64,000 nucleotides of DNA from contig OY781945.1 of assembly GCA_963677435.1 (NCBI GenBank), positions 320,001 to 384,000 on the forward strand, read 5' to 3'. The translations under genes and the position numbers were made by a program. Below the pieces are notes generated by a model. It searched no databases and was not told where the DNA came from. It saw only the letters and a list, made by a program, of their open reading frames with translations. Positions 48,326 to 57,367 of the stretch are shown piece after piece. The stretch comes from an uncultured Aliarcobacter sp. Its GTDB lineage: Bacteria > Campylobacterota > Campylobacteria > Campylobacterales > Arcobacteraceae. How positions within the stretch are numbered: the stretch's first letter is position 1; each line of letters starts with the position of its first letter.

Positions 48326-48750
48326 TACAATTCTTCAACATTTGTTGCAACTTTTTCAAGTAAATTTATAAGTAAATTAACTTCTGAATCTTCTAGATTT
48401 GAGAATAAGAAATCTCGGAACTCTTTTACTTGATTTGCACTTTTTTCTAAAATCTCTTCACCTAATTGTGTAAGTTCAATTAAGTTCGTTCTTCTATCTA
48501 TTTGTTTTTTTAAGATAAAACCTTTTTTCTCTAAAGTAGCAAGAGTCCTACTTATTGTAGTTTTATCTTTTCCTAATATATTTGCTATTTTTGTTTGATT
48601 TACCTCTTCTTCATATTTTATAATTTCTAAAGTTGCCCTTTGTTCAGGAGCTATATGAAAAGAGTGAAGTAGTTGAGTAAATTTATTATTTATTTTATTT
48701 GCAGTTTGATTTATTTTAAAACCAACTGATCTTTCTAATCCATAAGTCAT
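48325..48750 (-). CDS. MarR-family regulator
   Basis: DKTTISRTLATLEKKGFI, DRR...LTQLG. Confidence 0.92.
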   Translation of the reverse strand: MTYGLERSVGFKINQTANKINNKFTQLLHSFHIAPEQRATLEIIKYEEEVNQTKIANILGKDKTTISRTLATLEKKGFILKKQIDRRTNLIELTQLGEEILEKSANQVKEFRDFLFSNLEDSEVNLLINLLEKVATNVEEL

Positions 48751-48762
48751 TATTATCCTTTA

Positions 48763-48791
48763 ATTGCATATGCAATAGTTGCATATACAAC
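48763..48791. promoter_or_regulatory. Tandem palindromic MarR operator candidates
   Basis: ATTGCATATGCAAT (48763-48776) and GTTGCATATACAAC (48778-48791) just upstream of marR. Confidence 0.75.
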
Positions 48792-48808
48792 CTTTAGGAA
48801 TAATTAAT

Positions 48809-49054
48809 CTAACATTTTATATCTGATGGATTAATATCATTTATCTTTAGAATTTTATCAAGTCTAATTTGAGTTCCATCACTTAGAATTAAAAATTCTT
48901 CTTTATTTTTTGTTTTGAAATCAACTATTAACTCTTCTATGAATAATTCATTTTCATTATCCATATAAAGAATTTTCGATTTAATTTTTTTTACTGCCAA
49001 CTCTTCTAACATATCATAGAATTGACAGCTTATTGTTTTATATGTATCACCCAT
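48809..49054 (-). CDS. rof: Rho-binding antiterminator Rof/YaeO-like
   Basis: YKTISCQFYDMLEELA...EEFL...IRLDKI. Confidence 0.75.
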   Translation of the reverse strand: MGDTYKTISCQFYDMLEELAVKKIKSKILYMDNENELFIEELIVDFKTKNKEEFLILSDGTQIRLDKILKINDINPSDIKC

Positions 49055-49055
49055 G

Positions 49056-49718
49056 TTATTTGATGATTTCTATAATATCTAAAGGATGTTTTACAATAAA
49101 ATTTGCACCATGTTCTATTAGCTCTTTTTCATCTCTAAAACCCCATAAAACACCAATACTAATCATTCCTGCATTTTTTGCTGTTTGCATATCAACCATT
49201 GTATCTCCAATAAAATATATATCTTCACAAGGAGTGTTAAAACTATTTGCAATTTGAATTGCAGCTGTAGGATTAGGTTTTTTTTCAACATGAGATTTTT
49301 GACCATGAATCTCTTTTAAATTATATTTTGAGAATAAACTATTCACATGAGCAAGGGTTGCTTCATGGGGTTTGTTCGACAAAATACCAATTTGGCAATT
49401 TAATTTTACAAGTTCATCAAGTAAATCATAAATTCCTTCATAAGGTTTTGTTTTATCATGAAGTTTTAAATCATAAATTTTTTTAAATTTTTCAGAGATA
49501 GTCTCTTTTAGTTGTGTTTGTGAATCTACATTTAAATCTTTTAGAACATTATCAACTAAAACACTAACTCCACCACCAACAAAATATTTATAAGCATTTA
49601 TTTCATATGTTGGTAAGTCTAACTCTTTTAAAACTGTATTCATACAAAGTGCTATATCTTCAAGTGAATCAATAAGTGTTCCATCTAAATCAAATATTAT
49701 TGTTTTTTTAGTATTCAT
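49056..49718 (-). CDS. HAD-family hydrolase (phosphoglycolate phosphatase-like)
   Basis: FDLDGTL, LSNK, KKPNP, IGDTMVDM, GVLWGF. Confidence 0.9.
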   Translation of the reverse strand: MNTKKTIIFDLDGTLIDSLEDIALCMNTVLKELDLPTYEINAYKYFVGGGVSVLVDNVLKDLNVDSQTQLKETISEKFKKIYDLKLHDKTKPYEGIYDLLDELVKLNCQIGILSNKPHEATLAHVNSLFSKYNLKEIHGQKSHVEKKPNPTAAIQIANSFNTPCEDIYFIGDTMVDMQTAKNAGMISIGVLWGFRDEKELIEHGANFIVKHPLDIIEIIK

Positions 49719-49742
49719 TTTTTTCCTTTAAAAATTGGATGT

Positions 49743-50660
49743 TTACCATCCACCACTAGCTCCGCCACCACCGAAGCCTCCGCCACCACCACTAAAACCA
49801 CCACTTGAAGAACCGAAGCTTCCACCTGAAGATCCAAAACCTCCAAATCCAGATGAACTTCTTGAACTATTTGTGTAGTTAGTTGTTATTGGTTTATCAA
49901 AATCAATATTTCTGCTAGTTTTATAATTGAAAATATATACTAATATAAAAATAATTACAGCAACTAAGAAGTTATAAGTTGTAAATGTTTGGGACATAAT
50001 ATAACTAAAAAAAGCAAAAAATGATGATGCCATTGATGATTTAGTTACTTTATATAAAAATTGACTTCTTAGTTTTCTTGAAGCACTATTTACTAACATT
50101 GATAAAAACATTAAAGCAAAAAATCCAAGTGGAATAAAAGCGTTTATAGCTCCATTAAAATCATCACTTCTGGCTTTCGCAACATATTCACCTTTTATAG
50201 CTGAAATTATTTCATTTACAGCTTTTAAAATTCCCAATTCATATTGATTTGCTTTGAAATTTGGCTTTATCGTGTAGTTAATTATTTCATAAGCAATTTT
50301 ATCAGTTAATGCACCCTCAAGTCCATAACCAACTTCTATTCTAATCTTTTTTTCTTCCATAGAAATCACAAGTAAAACACCGTTGTTTTTATCTTTTTGT
50401 CCAATTCCCCAGAATCTTCCAAGTTGATATGAATACTCTTCAATTGTGTAACCGTTTAAAGAATTTAAAACCACAACAACAATTTGATTTGATGTTTTAT
50501 CTTCTTCTGTTTTTAATATTGAATCAATATCTTTTTTAACAGCAGGAGAGAGTAGATTTGCTTGGTCTATAACTCTTCCATCAAGTTTTGGAAAATATTG
50601 TGTAATATCTGCATTTAAAAAACTGAAAATAAAAAGTAAGACTAATATAATTTTTTTCAT
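49743..50660 (-). CDS. TPM-domain membrane protein with Gly/Ser-rich tail
   Basis: RVIDQANLL, WGIGQK..NNGVLL, RIEVGYGLEG, GGGGGFGGGGASGGW. Confidence 0.9.
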   Translation of the reverse strand: MKKIILVLLFIFSFLNADITQYFPKLDGRVIDQANLLSPAVKKDIDSILKTEEDKTSNQIVVVVLNSLNGYTIEEYSYQLGRFWGIGQKDKNNGVLLVISMEEKKIRIEVGYGLEGALTDKIAYEIINYTIKPNFKANQYELGILKAVNEIISAIKGEYVAKARSDDFNGAINAFIPLGFFALMFLSMLVNSASRKLRSQFLYKVTKSSMASSFFAFFSYIMSQTFTTYNFLVAVIIFILVYIFNYKTSRNIDFDKPITTNYTNSSRSSSGFGGFGSSGGSFGSSSGGFSGGGGGFGGGGASGGW

Positions 50661-51274
50661 ATTAACTCGATAACTTCATTTGAAAGTTCATTTTCATCAT
50701 CATTTTTAATAGGAAAATGTTTTATAAGAATGGCTTTTGAAGTTCTTAATGCTTTTAAATAACCATTTAAGAAATCCTCTTTTTTCACATCTTCAATAAA
50801 CTCATAAACTAACTGTTGCCAAAATTCATTTGGAATCTCTTTTGCTATCTCTTCATCTGTTATAATTTCCACATATTTTTCATCCAGACTCACAAAAAAC
50901 ATTATTGCTTGTTTTGTTTTTGTTCTATTTAATCCAAGATTATGAAATTGCTCATTTGCATTTAAAGAGGCTTTTCTATGTTTGTAACTTTCTGGAAGAA
51001 TTTTTAAAACAAAACCATCAAATTTTTCAAATAATAGATTTATTCCTATAAAAATTAAAAGTTGGTATTGTAATAATTCCAAAGTTGATATTTCTCTTAT
51101 AAAATAAAGTATAAATGAAAAACAAAAAACAAAAAATATAGAGATCATAACAGAAGCGTACTTGTAACTTTTGCTTCTTTTAGTAACAACAGCTACAAGT
51201 TCTGCTGAACTTGATTTTTCAAGATTTTCTATCTCTTGAGCGATTAATTTTTTTTCATTTTCGTTTAAAATCAT
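50657..51274 (-). CDS. TPM-domain membrane protein
   Basis: IENLEKSSSAELV, GLNRTK, FFVSLDEKYVEI, DENELSN. Confidence 0.85.
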   Translation of the reverse strand: MILNENEKKLIAQEIENLEKSSSAELVAVVTKRSKSYKYASVMISIFFVFCFSFILYFIREISTLELLQYQLLIFIGINLLFEKFDGFVLKILPESYKHRKASLNANEQFHNLGLNRTKTKQAIMFFVSLDEKYVEIITDEEIAKEIPNEFWQQLVYEFIEDVKKEDFLNGYLKALRTSKAILIKHFPIKNDDENELSNEVIELI

Positions 51275-51867
51275 TAGAATTTAACTTTTGGAGTTTCTTG
51301 CTCTGCTGGACTTGCTGTAAAAGTCTCTTTGATTGTAGCTTCTGGATGAGCAATAGCAGCTACAAGTTTTCCAGGCATTGTTCTTAGTTCTAGATTATAA
51401 AGTTTTACTGCTTCAATAAAATCTTTTCGTGCAACTGTAATTCTATTTTCAGTTCCCTCAAGTTGAGATTGTAAAGCCATAAAATTTTCATTTGCTTTTA
51501 ATTCAGGATATTTTTCAACAACAACCATAAGTTTTGATAAAGCACTAGAAAGTCCTGCTTGTGCGTTTGAAAATTGTTGTAAAGCAGCTGGATTATTTAG
51601 TGTATCTGCATTAATATTCATAGAAGAAACTTTACTTCTTGCTTCTGTAACTTCAGTAAAAGTACTTTTCTCATGTTCTGCATAACCTTTAACAGTTTCA
51701 ACAAGATTTGGTATCAAATCAGCTCTTCTTTTATATTGATTTTGTACTTGAGACCACTTCTCTTTTACATTTTCATCAAGCTTTGGAATGTTATTGTAGT
51801 TAGATACTATTAAGTAGATTAAAGGTGCAACTATTGCGAGAATTACAAGGATTAAAACTTTTTTCAT
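51274..51867 (-). CDS. lemA: LemA-family protein
   Basis: YKRRADLIPNLVETVKGYAEHE, YPELKA, LEGTENRI. Confidence 0.95.
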   Translation of the reverse strand: MKKVLILVILAIVAPLIYLIVSNYNNIPKLDENVKEKWSQVQNQYKRRADLIPNLVETVKGYAEHEKSTFTEVTEARSKVSSMNINADTLNNPAALQQFSNAQAGLSSALSKLMVVVEKYPELKANENFMALQSQLEGTENRITVARKDFIEAVKLYNLELRTMPGKLVAAIAHPEATIKETFTASPAEQETPKVKF

Positions 51868-51977
51868 ATTTCGCCTTTTTTAAAATTTATACATAGTATA
51901 AAAAATATCATTAATATGATATAAAGTATTAAAAAAATAAGGTTATTATATTAAGCAGTAATAAACTATAATCACTT

Positions 51978-51997
51978 TTGTGTAAAAACATACACAA
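51978..51997. promoter_or_regulatory. Inverted repeat between lemA and the ThDP-enzyme operon
   Basis: TTGTGTA-N6-TACACAA perfect arms. Confidence 0.45.
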
Positions 51998-52100
51998 TTT
52001 TTTATTTTTTTGATAATCGATAAAATATAAACAATTTTTTAATGGATGTTGAATATGATTATCAATAATTTTTTTTTAAAATCAAAACGGAGTATATAAA

Positions 52101-53747
52101 ATGAATGCATCAGAATTATTTGTAAAAGCATTAGAAAATGAAGGTGTTGAATATATTTTTGGAATTCCAGGTGAAGAAAATCTTGATTTTCTTGAAGCAC
52201 TTAGAACTTCAGATATTAAATTAATTCTAACAAGACATGAGCAAGCAGCGGGATTTATGGCAGCAACTTATGGAAGATTAACAGGAAAAGTTGGAGTTTG
52301 TTTATCAACTCTTGGCCCTGGAGCTACTAACTTCGCAACAAGTGCGGCTTATGCACAACTTGGTGGAATGCCTATGATGATGATCACAGGACAAAAACCA
52401 ATCAAAAAATCAAAACAAGGTAGATTCCAAATTATCGACATTGTTGGTATGATGAAACCTATGACTAAATATGCTAAGCAAGTTGTTAATGGAAATAATA
52501 TTCCATCAATGGTAAGAGAAGCATTTAAAATAGCTACAACTGAGAGACCAGGTGCTGTTCATATTGAATTACCTGAAGATATCGCTGCTGAAGAAGTTGA
52601 ATTTAATATCTATCCAGTAAAAGAATTCAAATATCCAAAAGCTGTAAAAGATACTATTGCAGATGCTGTTAAAATGATTGAAAAAGCAAAAAGACCATTA
52701 TTATTAATAGGAGCTGGAGCAAATAGAACAAGAATCGGAACAGCTTTAACAGATTTCGTTAATGAAACTGGAATTCCTTTCTTCTCTACGCAAATGGGAA
52801 AAGGTGTTATTGATGAAAATCATAAACTTTGTTTATCAACTGCTGCATTATCTAAAGATGACTTTATTCACTGCGCAATTGAAAGAGCTGACTTAATCAT
52901 CAATGTTGGACATGATGTTATTGAAAAACCACCATTTTTTATGGAAAATACTCCTGATGCTACAAAAGTTATTCATGTTAACTTCTCACCATCAGAAGTA
53001 GATGATACATATTTCCCTCAATTAGATGTTGTTGGTGATATTGCTTCAAATATTAATAGTTTAACAACTGCAATTTCTCCTCAAGAACATTGGGATTTTG
53101 ATTATTATATTAGAATGGTTGATGAAATTAAAACACATTTAAGTAAATATTTTGGAGATACAAGATTCCCAATCTTACCTCAAAAAGCTGTTAGAACAAT
53201 TAGACAAATTTTAGATGATGAAGATATTGTAACACTTGATAATGGAGTTTATAAAATCTGGTTTGCAAGAAACTATAGATGTGCTCAACCAAATACATTA
53301 TTACTTGATAATGCATTGGCAACTATGGGTGCAGGACTTCCTTCTGGAATGGCAGCTAAAATGGTAAATCCAACTAAAAGAGTTGTTTCAGTTTGTGGAG
53401 ATGGTGGATTCATGATGAACTCACAAGAACTTGAAACTGCTGTTAGATTAGGACTTGATTTAACTGTAATTATTTTAAATGATAATGCTTATGGAATGAT
53501 TAAATGGAAACAAACAGGAATGGGATTTGAAACTTATGGTTTAGATTTAAATAATCCTGATTTTGTTAAATATGCTGAATCTTATGGAGCACATGGTTAC
53601 AGACCAACATCTTGTGAAGATTTTGCTGAAACTTTAGAAAAATGTGTGAATACAAAAGGTGTTCACCTTATTGATTTAGCCGTAGATTATTCTTTAAATC
53701 ATGCAATTTTAAATGATTTATTAGCTAAAAAACAATGTTTAATATAA
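52101..53747 (+). CDS. ThDP-dependent enzyme (acetolactate synthase large subunit-like; possible 2-oxoacid decarboxylase)
   Basis: FGIPGEEN, TRHEQ, STLGPGATN, ThDP motif GDGGFMM...NDN; no small subunit adjacent. Confidence 0.88.
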   Translation: MNASELFVKALENEGVEYIFGIPGEENLDFLEALRTSDIKLILTRHEQAAGFMAATYGRLTGKVGVCLSTLGPGATNFATSAAYAQLGGMPMMMITGQKPIKKSKQGRFQIIDIVGMMKPMTKYAKQVVNGNNIPSMVREAFKIATTERPGAVHIELPEDIAAEEVEFNIYPVKEFKYPKAVKDTIADAVKMIEKAKRPLLLIGAGANRTRIGTALTDFVNETGIPFFSTQMGKGVIDENHKLCLSTAALSKDDFIHCAIERADLIINVGHDVIEKPPFFMENTPDATKVIHVNFSPSEVDDTYFPQLDVVGDIASNINSLTTAISPQEHWDFDYYIRMVDEIKTHLSKYFGDTRFPILPQKAVRTIRQILDDEDIVTLDNGVYKIWFARNYRCAQPNTLLLDNALATMGAGLPSGMAAKMVNPTKRVVSVCGDGGFMMNSQELETAVRLGLDLTVIILNDNAYGMIKWKQTGMGFETYGLDLNNPDFVKYAESYGAHGYRPTSCEDFAETLEKCVNTKGVHLIDLAVDYSLNHAILNDLLAKKQCLI

Positions 53748-53767
53748 AAGATTGAAAGGTAAAGAAG

Positions 53768-55159
53768 ATGAGTACAATAGAAGTAACGTCACCATTTGAT
53801 GGAAAAGTAGTAGGGACAGTAAAATTCAGTACATATGAAGAAGTAGAGAGTGCAATAGATTTAGCACATGCTACTTTTTTAGATACAGCAAACTGGATGC
53901 CAAGATATAAAAGAGTTGAGATTTTAGAGAATGTAATGAAAATAATGTCTTCTCAAGTAGAAGAACTTACAATCCTTTGCGCAAGTGAAGGTGGTAAACC
54001 ATATATTGATTCTAAAGTTGAAATTTTAAGAGCTATAAATGGTATAAAAATTGCTATTGAACACCTAAGTGTATATGAAGGTAAAGAAGTAGCAATGGGA
54101 CATACAAATACAAGCGCAAATAGAATGGCTTATACTTTTAAAGAACCAATTGGTGTAGTTGCAGCAATTTCAGCTTTTAATCACCCTTTTAACCTAGCAG
54201 TTCATCAAGTAATTCCAGCACTTGCAGTTGGATGCCCAGTAATTATCAGACCAGCAACTCAAACTCCAATGAGTGCAATTAGATTAGTAGAAATTCTTGA
54301 AGAAGCAGGACTTCCAAAAGGATGGGCACAAGCAATCGTTTGTGATAGAAAAGGTGGTGAACTATTAGCAACATCTCCAAAAACAAACTTCCTAACATTT
54401 ATAGGTTCAGGACCAGTTGGTTGGTACTTAAACTCAAAAGTAAGCCCAGGTACAAGAGTAGCTCTTGAACATGGTGGAGTAGCCCCTGTAATTGTAGAAC
54501 CAGATGCAGATATTGAAGATATGATTCCAGCACTTGCTAAAGGTGGATTCTACCATGCAGGTCAAGTTTGTGTTTCTGTTCAAAGAATTTATGTTCATGA
54601 ATCAATCTTCGATACTGTAGCAAATAAATTAGCAGCAGTAGCTTCAAAATTAATAGTTGGTGACCAATTAGATCCAAAAACAGAAGTTGGACCACTAATT
54701 AATAATGATGAAGTAAATAGAGTAGAAGAATGGGTAAATGACGCAGTTGCAAAAGGTGCAACAATCCTAACAGGTGGGAAAAGAATAAGTGCTTCTTGCT
54801 TTGAACCAACTGTAATTTTAAATCCTTCAGATGATGCAATCGTTTCACAAAAAGAGATATTTGGACCAGTAGTTTGTATTTACTCTTATAAAACATTTGA
54901 TGAAGCAATAGCTAAAGCAAATTCACTAGAAGTGTCTTTCCAAGCAGCAGTGTTTACAAAAAATATAGACTCAGCATTAAAAGCAGTAAAAAGATTAAAC
55001 GCAACAGCAGTAATGGTAAATGATCATACAGCATTTAGAGTAGATTGGATGCCGTTTGGAGGAGCAAGAGTTTCTGGTCTTGGAATGGGTGGAATACCAT
55101 ATTCAATGGAAGAGATGAGTAATGAAAAAATGATGGTAATCAAATCACCAGTATTATAA
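53768..55159 (+). CDS. NAD(P)-dependent aldehyde dehydrogenase
   Basis: SAFNHP, FIGS, LEHGG, AGQVCVS, EIFGPV, PFGG. Confidence 0.93.
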   Translation: MSTIEVTSPFDGKVVGTVKFSTYEEVESAIDLAHATFLDTANWMPRYKRVEILENVMKIMSSQVEELTILCASEGGKPYIDSKVEILRAINGIKIAIEHLSVYEGKEVAMGHTNTSANRMAYTFKEPIGVVAAISAFNHPFNLAVHQVIPALAVGCPVIIRPATQTPMSAIRLVEILEEAGLPKGWAQAIVCDRKGGELLATSPKTNFLTFIGSGPVGWYLNSKVSPGTRVALEHGGVAPVIVEPDADIEDMIPALAKGGFYHAGQVCVSVQRIYVHESIFDTVANKLAAVASKLIVGDQLDPKTEVGPLINNDEVNRVEEWVNDAVAKGATILTGGKRISASCFEPTVILNPSDDAIVSQKEIFGPVVCIYSYKTFDEAIAKANSLEVSFQAAVFTKNIDSALKAVKRLNATAVMVNDHTAFRVDWMPFGGARVSGLGMGGIPYSMEEMSNEKMMVIKSPVL

Positions 55160-55184
55160 TAATTAGAAATCAGAAGAAATAAAT

Positions 55185-55217
55185 AAAAGCTAAGGTATAA
55201 ATGCCTTAGCTTTTTTT
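55185..55217 (+). terminator. Intrinsic terminator (likely bidirectional)
   Basis: AAAAGCTAAGG-TATAAATG-CCTTAGCTTTTTTT. Confidence 0.85.
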
Positions 55218-55228
55218 ATTTTAAAAAA

Positions 55229-55960
55229 TTAGGAGTCATGAACATATCCCATTCCATAGATATTTTTTATAAGTAACCCAGGTACCTTTTTTCTTAAACG
55301 ATAAATTAGACTTTTAAGATGTGTTATATCTGGAATTAAATCATATTCATCCGCCCAAATAATATCTATGAGTTTATCAACTGTACATATTTTACCATTA
55401 TCATTTAATATGGTTTCTACAAATCGAAGTTCATTTTTAGTTAATTCAATAGCTTTATTATCTTCTAATAACTTTTTTTTCTTTTTATCCCAAATTAAAG
55501 ATTCATTGATTTTAATAATATTAATATCACTATTTAATCGATTATGATAGATTTGATTACATAATTTAAATATATCTTCTAAAAAAGTGGTGTAATTAAT
55601 AGGTTTAGTGAAAAACTGGTGTATTCCTAAATTAATTAAAGGTAGTAGGTAGTTGAACTCATTTCTTGCAGATAAAATTATAACTAATTGGTCTTCTTTA
55701 ATTTTGTATATGGCATCAATTAATTCTACACCATCAAGATTTGGCATTTTTATATCAGAAATAATTAAATCATAATAGCTATTTGTACTTTCATAAAATT
55801 CATTATATTTATTAAGTGCATCTAATCCATCAACGGCTGTGGTAACTTTTGGAAAAATATCTAGGAGTAATTCTGAAAACTCCTTTCTAAAATCTATATC
55901 ATCTTCAACAAAAAGTATGTTTATATTTTTAGTATATTTTTTTAATAATCCATAGTCCAT
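55229..55960 (-). CDS. OmpR-family response regulator
   Basis: ILFVEDD, SDIKMP, FTKP, LIYRLRKK...NIYGMGY; ATG at 55960. Confidence 0.9.
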   Translation of the reverse strand: MDYGLLKKYTKNINILFVEDDIDFRKEFSELLLDIFPKVTTAVDGLDALNKYNEFYESTNSYYDLIISDIKMPNLDGVELIDAIYKIKEDQLVIILSARNEFNYLLPLINLGIHQFFTKPINYTTFLEDIFKLCNQIYHNRLNSDINIIKINESLIWDKKKKKLLEDNKAIELTKNELRFVETILNDNGKICTVDKLIDIIWADEYDLIPDITHLKSLIYRLRKKVPGLLIKNIYGMGYVHDS

Positions 55961-56145
55961 TAAAATCCTTAAGTGATACATAAATTAATCAAATTATAAA
56001 ACTCTTACACTTAGATAAATTGTGTAATAATCTATTTTTATAGAGGTTTTTATTAATTATACTATGATTTTGTTTATTGTATTATATATTATTATTTGGC
56101 TACTATTTAGTGATATACTGTATAAAAAATAAAAAAAGAGATATT

Positions 56146-57339
56146 ATGGTAGATAAAAATATTCTAAAAAACATAACTGTTCTTTATGCTGAAGATGAAT
56201 TTGTAATCCAAGAGGGGATAACTGAAACTCTAAATCTTTTCGAAATTAATGTTATTTGTGCAAAAAATGGACAAGAAGGTTTGTCTATTTTTAAATCATC
56301 AGATAAAAAAATAGATCTTATTCTTACTGATATAAAAATGCCAAAACTAGATGGAATTGGTATGATAGAGAAAATAAGAGAAATTGATAAAGATATCCCT
56401 GTGATTATTACTACAGCACATCAAGAAACAACTTTTTTAATGGAATCTATAGAGCTAAATATTAGTGCTTACATATTAAAACCTATTGATATTTATAAAT
56501 TAGAAGCCTCTTTAATAAAAGCAATTGAGTCAAAAGTATTAAGGGAAGAATTAATTGAGAAAAATATAAGACTTGAAATTGAAATCCAAAAAAATGAAGA
56601 AAAACAAAAAATTATGGAATCACAATCAAGATTTGCTGCTATGGGAGAGATGATAAGTATGATTGCTCATCAATGGAGACAACCTTTATCATCAATAGGA
56701 ACAGCATCTTTTAATTTAAAATATAAATTACTTACAGAAAAATTTGATTTAGAAACGAAAGAGGGAAGAGAAGAACAAGCTAATTTTTTTAGTAAAAAAT
56801 TTGATGAAATAGAATTTTATGTACAAAATCTTACTACAACAATAGATGATTTTAGAAACTTTTTTAAAACAGATAAAGCCGTTTCAAATACAGCTATTCA
56901 ACGGCCAATCAATAATACATTAAAGATTTTGCAAAAAGATATAGAAGCTAATAGTATAGAACTTGTATTAGATTTTAAAAGTCAAAATAAAATCAATATC
57001 TATGAAAATGAAATTACCCATGTATTTATAAATATATTAAGGAATGCCCAAGATAAGTTTTTAGAAAAAGATACTAAAAATGCAAAAATTGAAATTAAAA
57101 CTCAAGATTTAGAAAATGGTGTAGAAATTGAAATATATGATAATGGTGGAGGAATAGCAGAAGAAGATTTAAATATTATTTTTGAACCATACTTCTCAAC
57201 TAAAAAAGAGAAAAATGGTACAGGAATAGGTCTTTATATGTCAAAGATTATAGTTGAGAAAAACCATCAAGGAAAATTATTTGCTAAGAATACAAAAGAA
57301 GGTATTAGTTTTTTTATAATTCTAAATTGTATAATATAA
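56146..57339 (+). CDS. Cytoplasmic receiver-histidine kinase hybrid
   Basis: LYAEDE, TDIKMP, LKP receiver; IAHQWRQP, NILRNA, DNGGG, GTGIGL; no TM. Confidence 0.92.
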   Translation: MVDKNILKNITVLYAEDEFVIQEGITETLNLFEINVICAKNGQEGLSIFKSSDKKIDLILTDIKMPKLDGIGMIEKIREIDKDIPVIITTAHQETTFLMESIELNISAYILKPIDIYKLEASLIKAIESKVLREELIEKNIRLEIEIQKNEEKQKIMESQSRFAAMGEMISMIAHQWRQPLSSIGTASFNLKYKLLTEKFDLETKEGREEQANFFSKKFDEIEFYVQNLTTTIDDFRNFFKTDKAVSNTAIQRPINNTLKILQKDIEANSIELVLDFKSQNKINIYENEITHVFINILRNAQDKFLEKDTKNAKIEIKTQDLENGVEIEIYDNGGGIAEEDLNIIFEPYFSTKKEKNGTGIGLYMSKIIVEKNHQGKLFAKNTKEGISFFIILNCII

Positions 57340-57367
57340 GCAAAAAAAGATATTCTGGAGTTAGTAG

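Noticed and set aside
49743..49870. GC-rich CCA/CCG repeats
   Set aside because: Explained by the Gly/Ser-rich tail of the TPM protein
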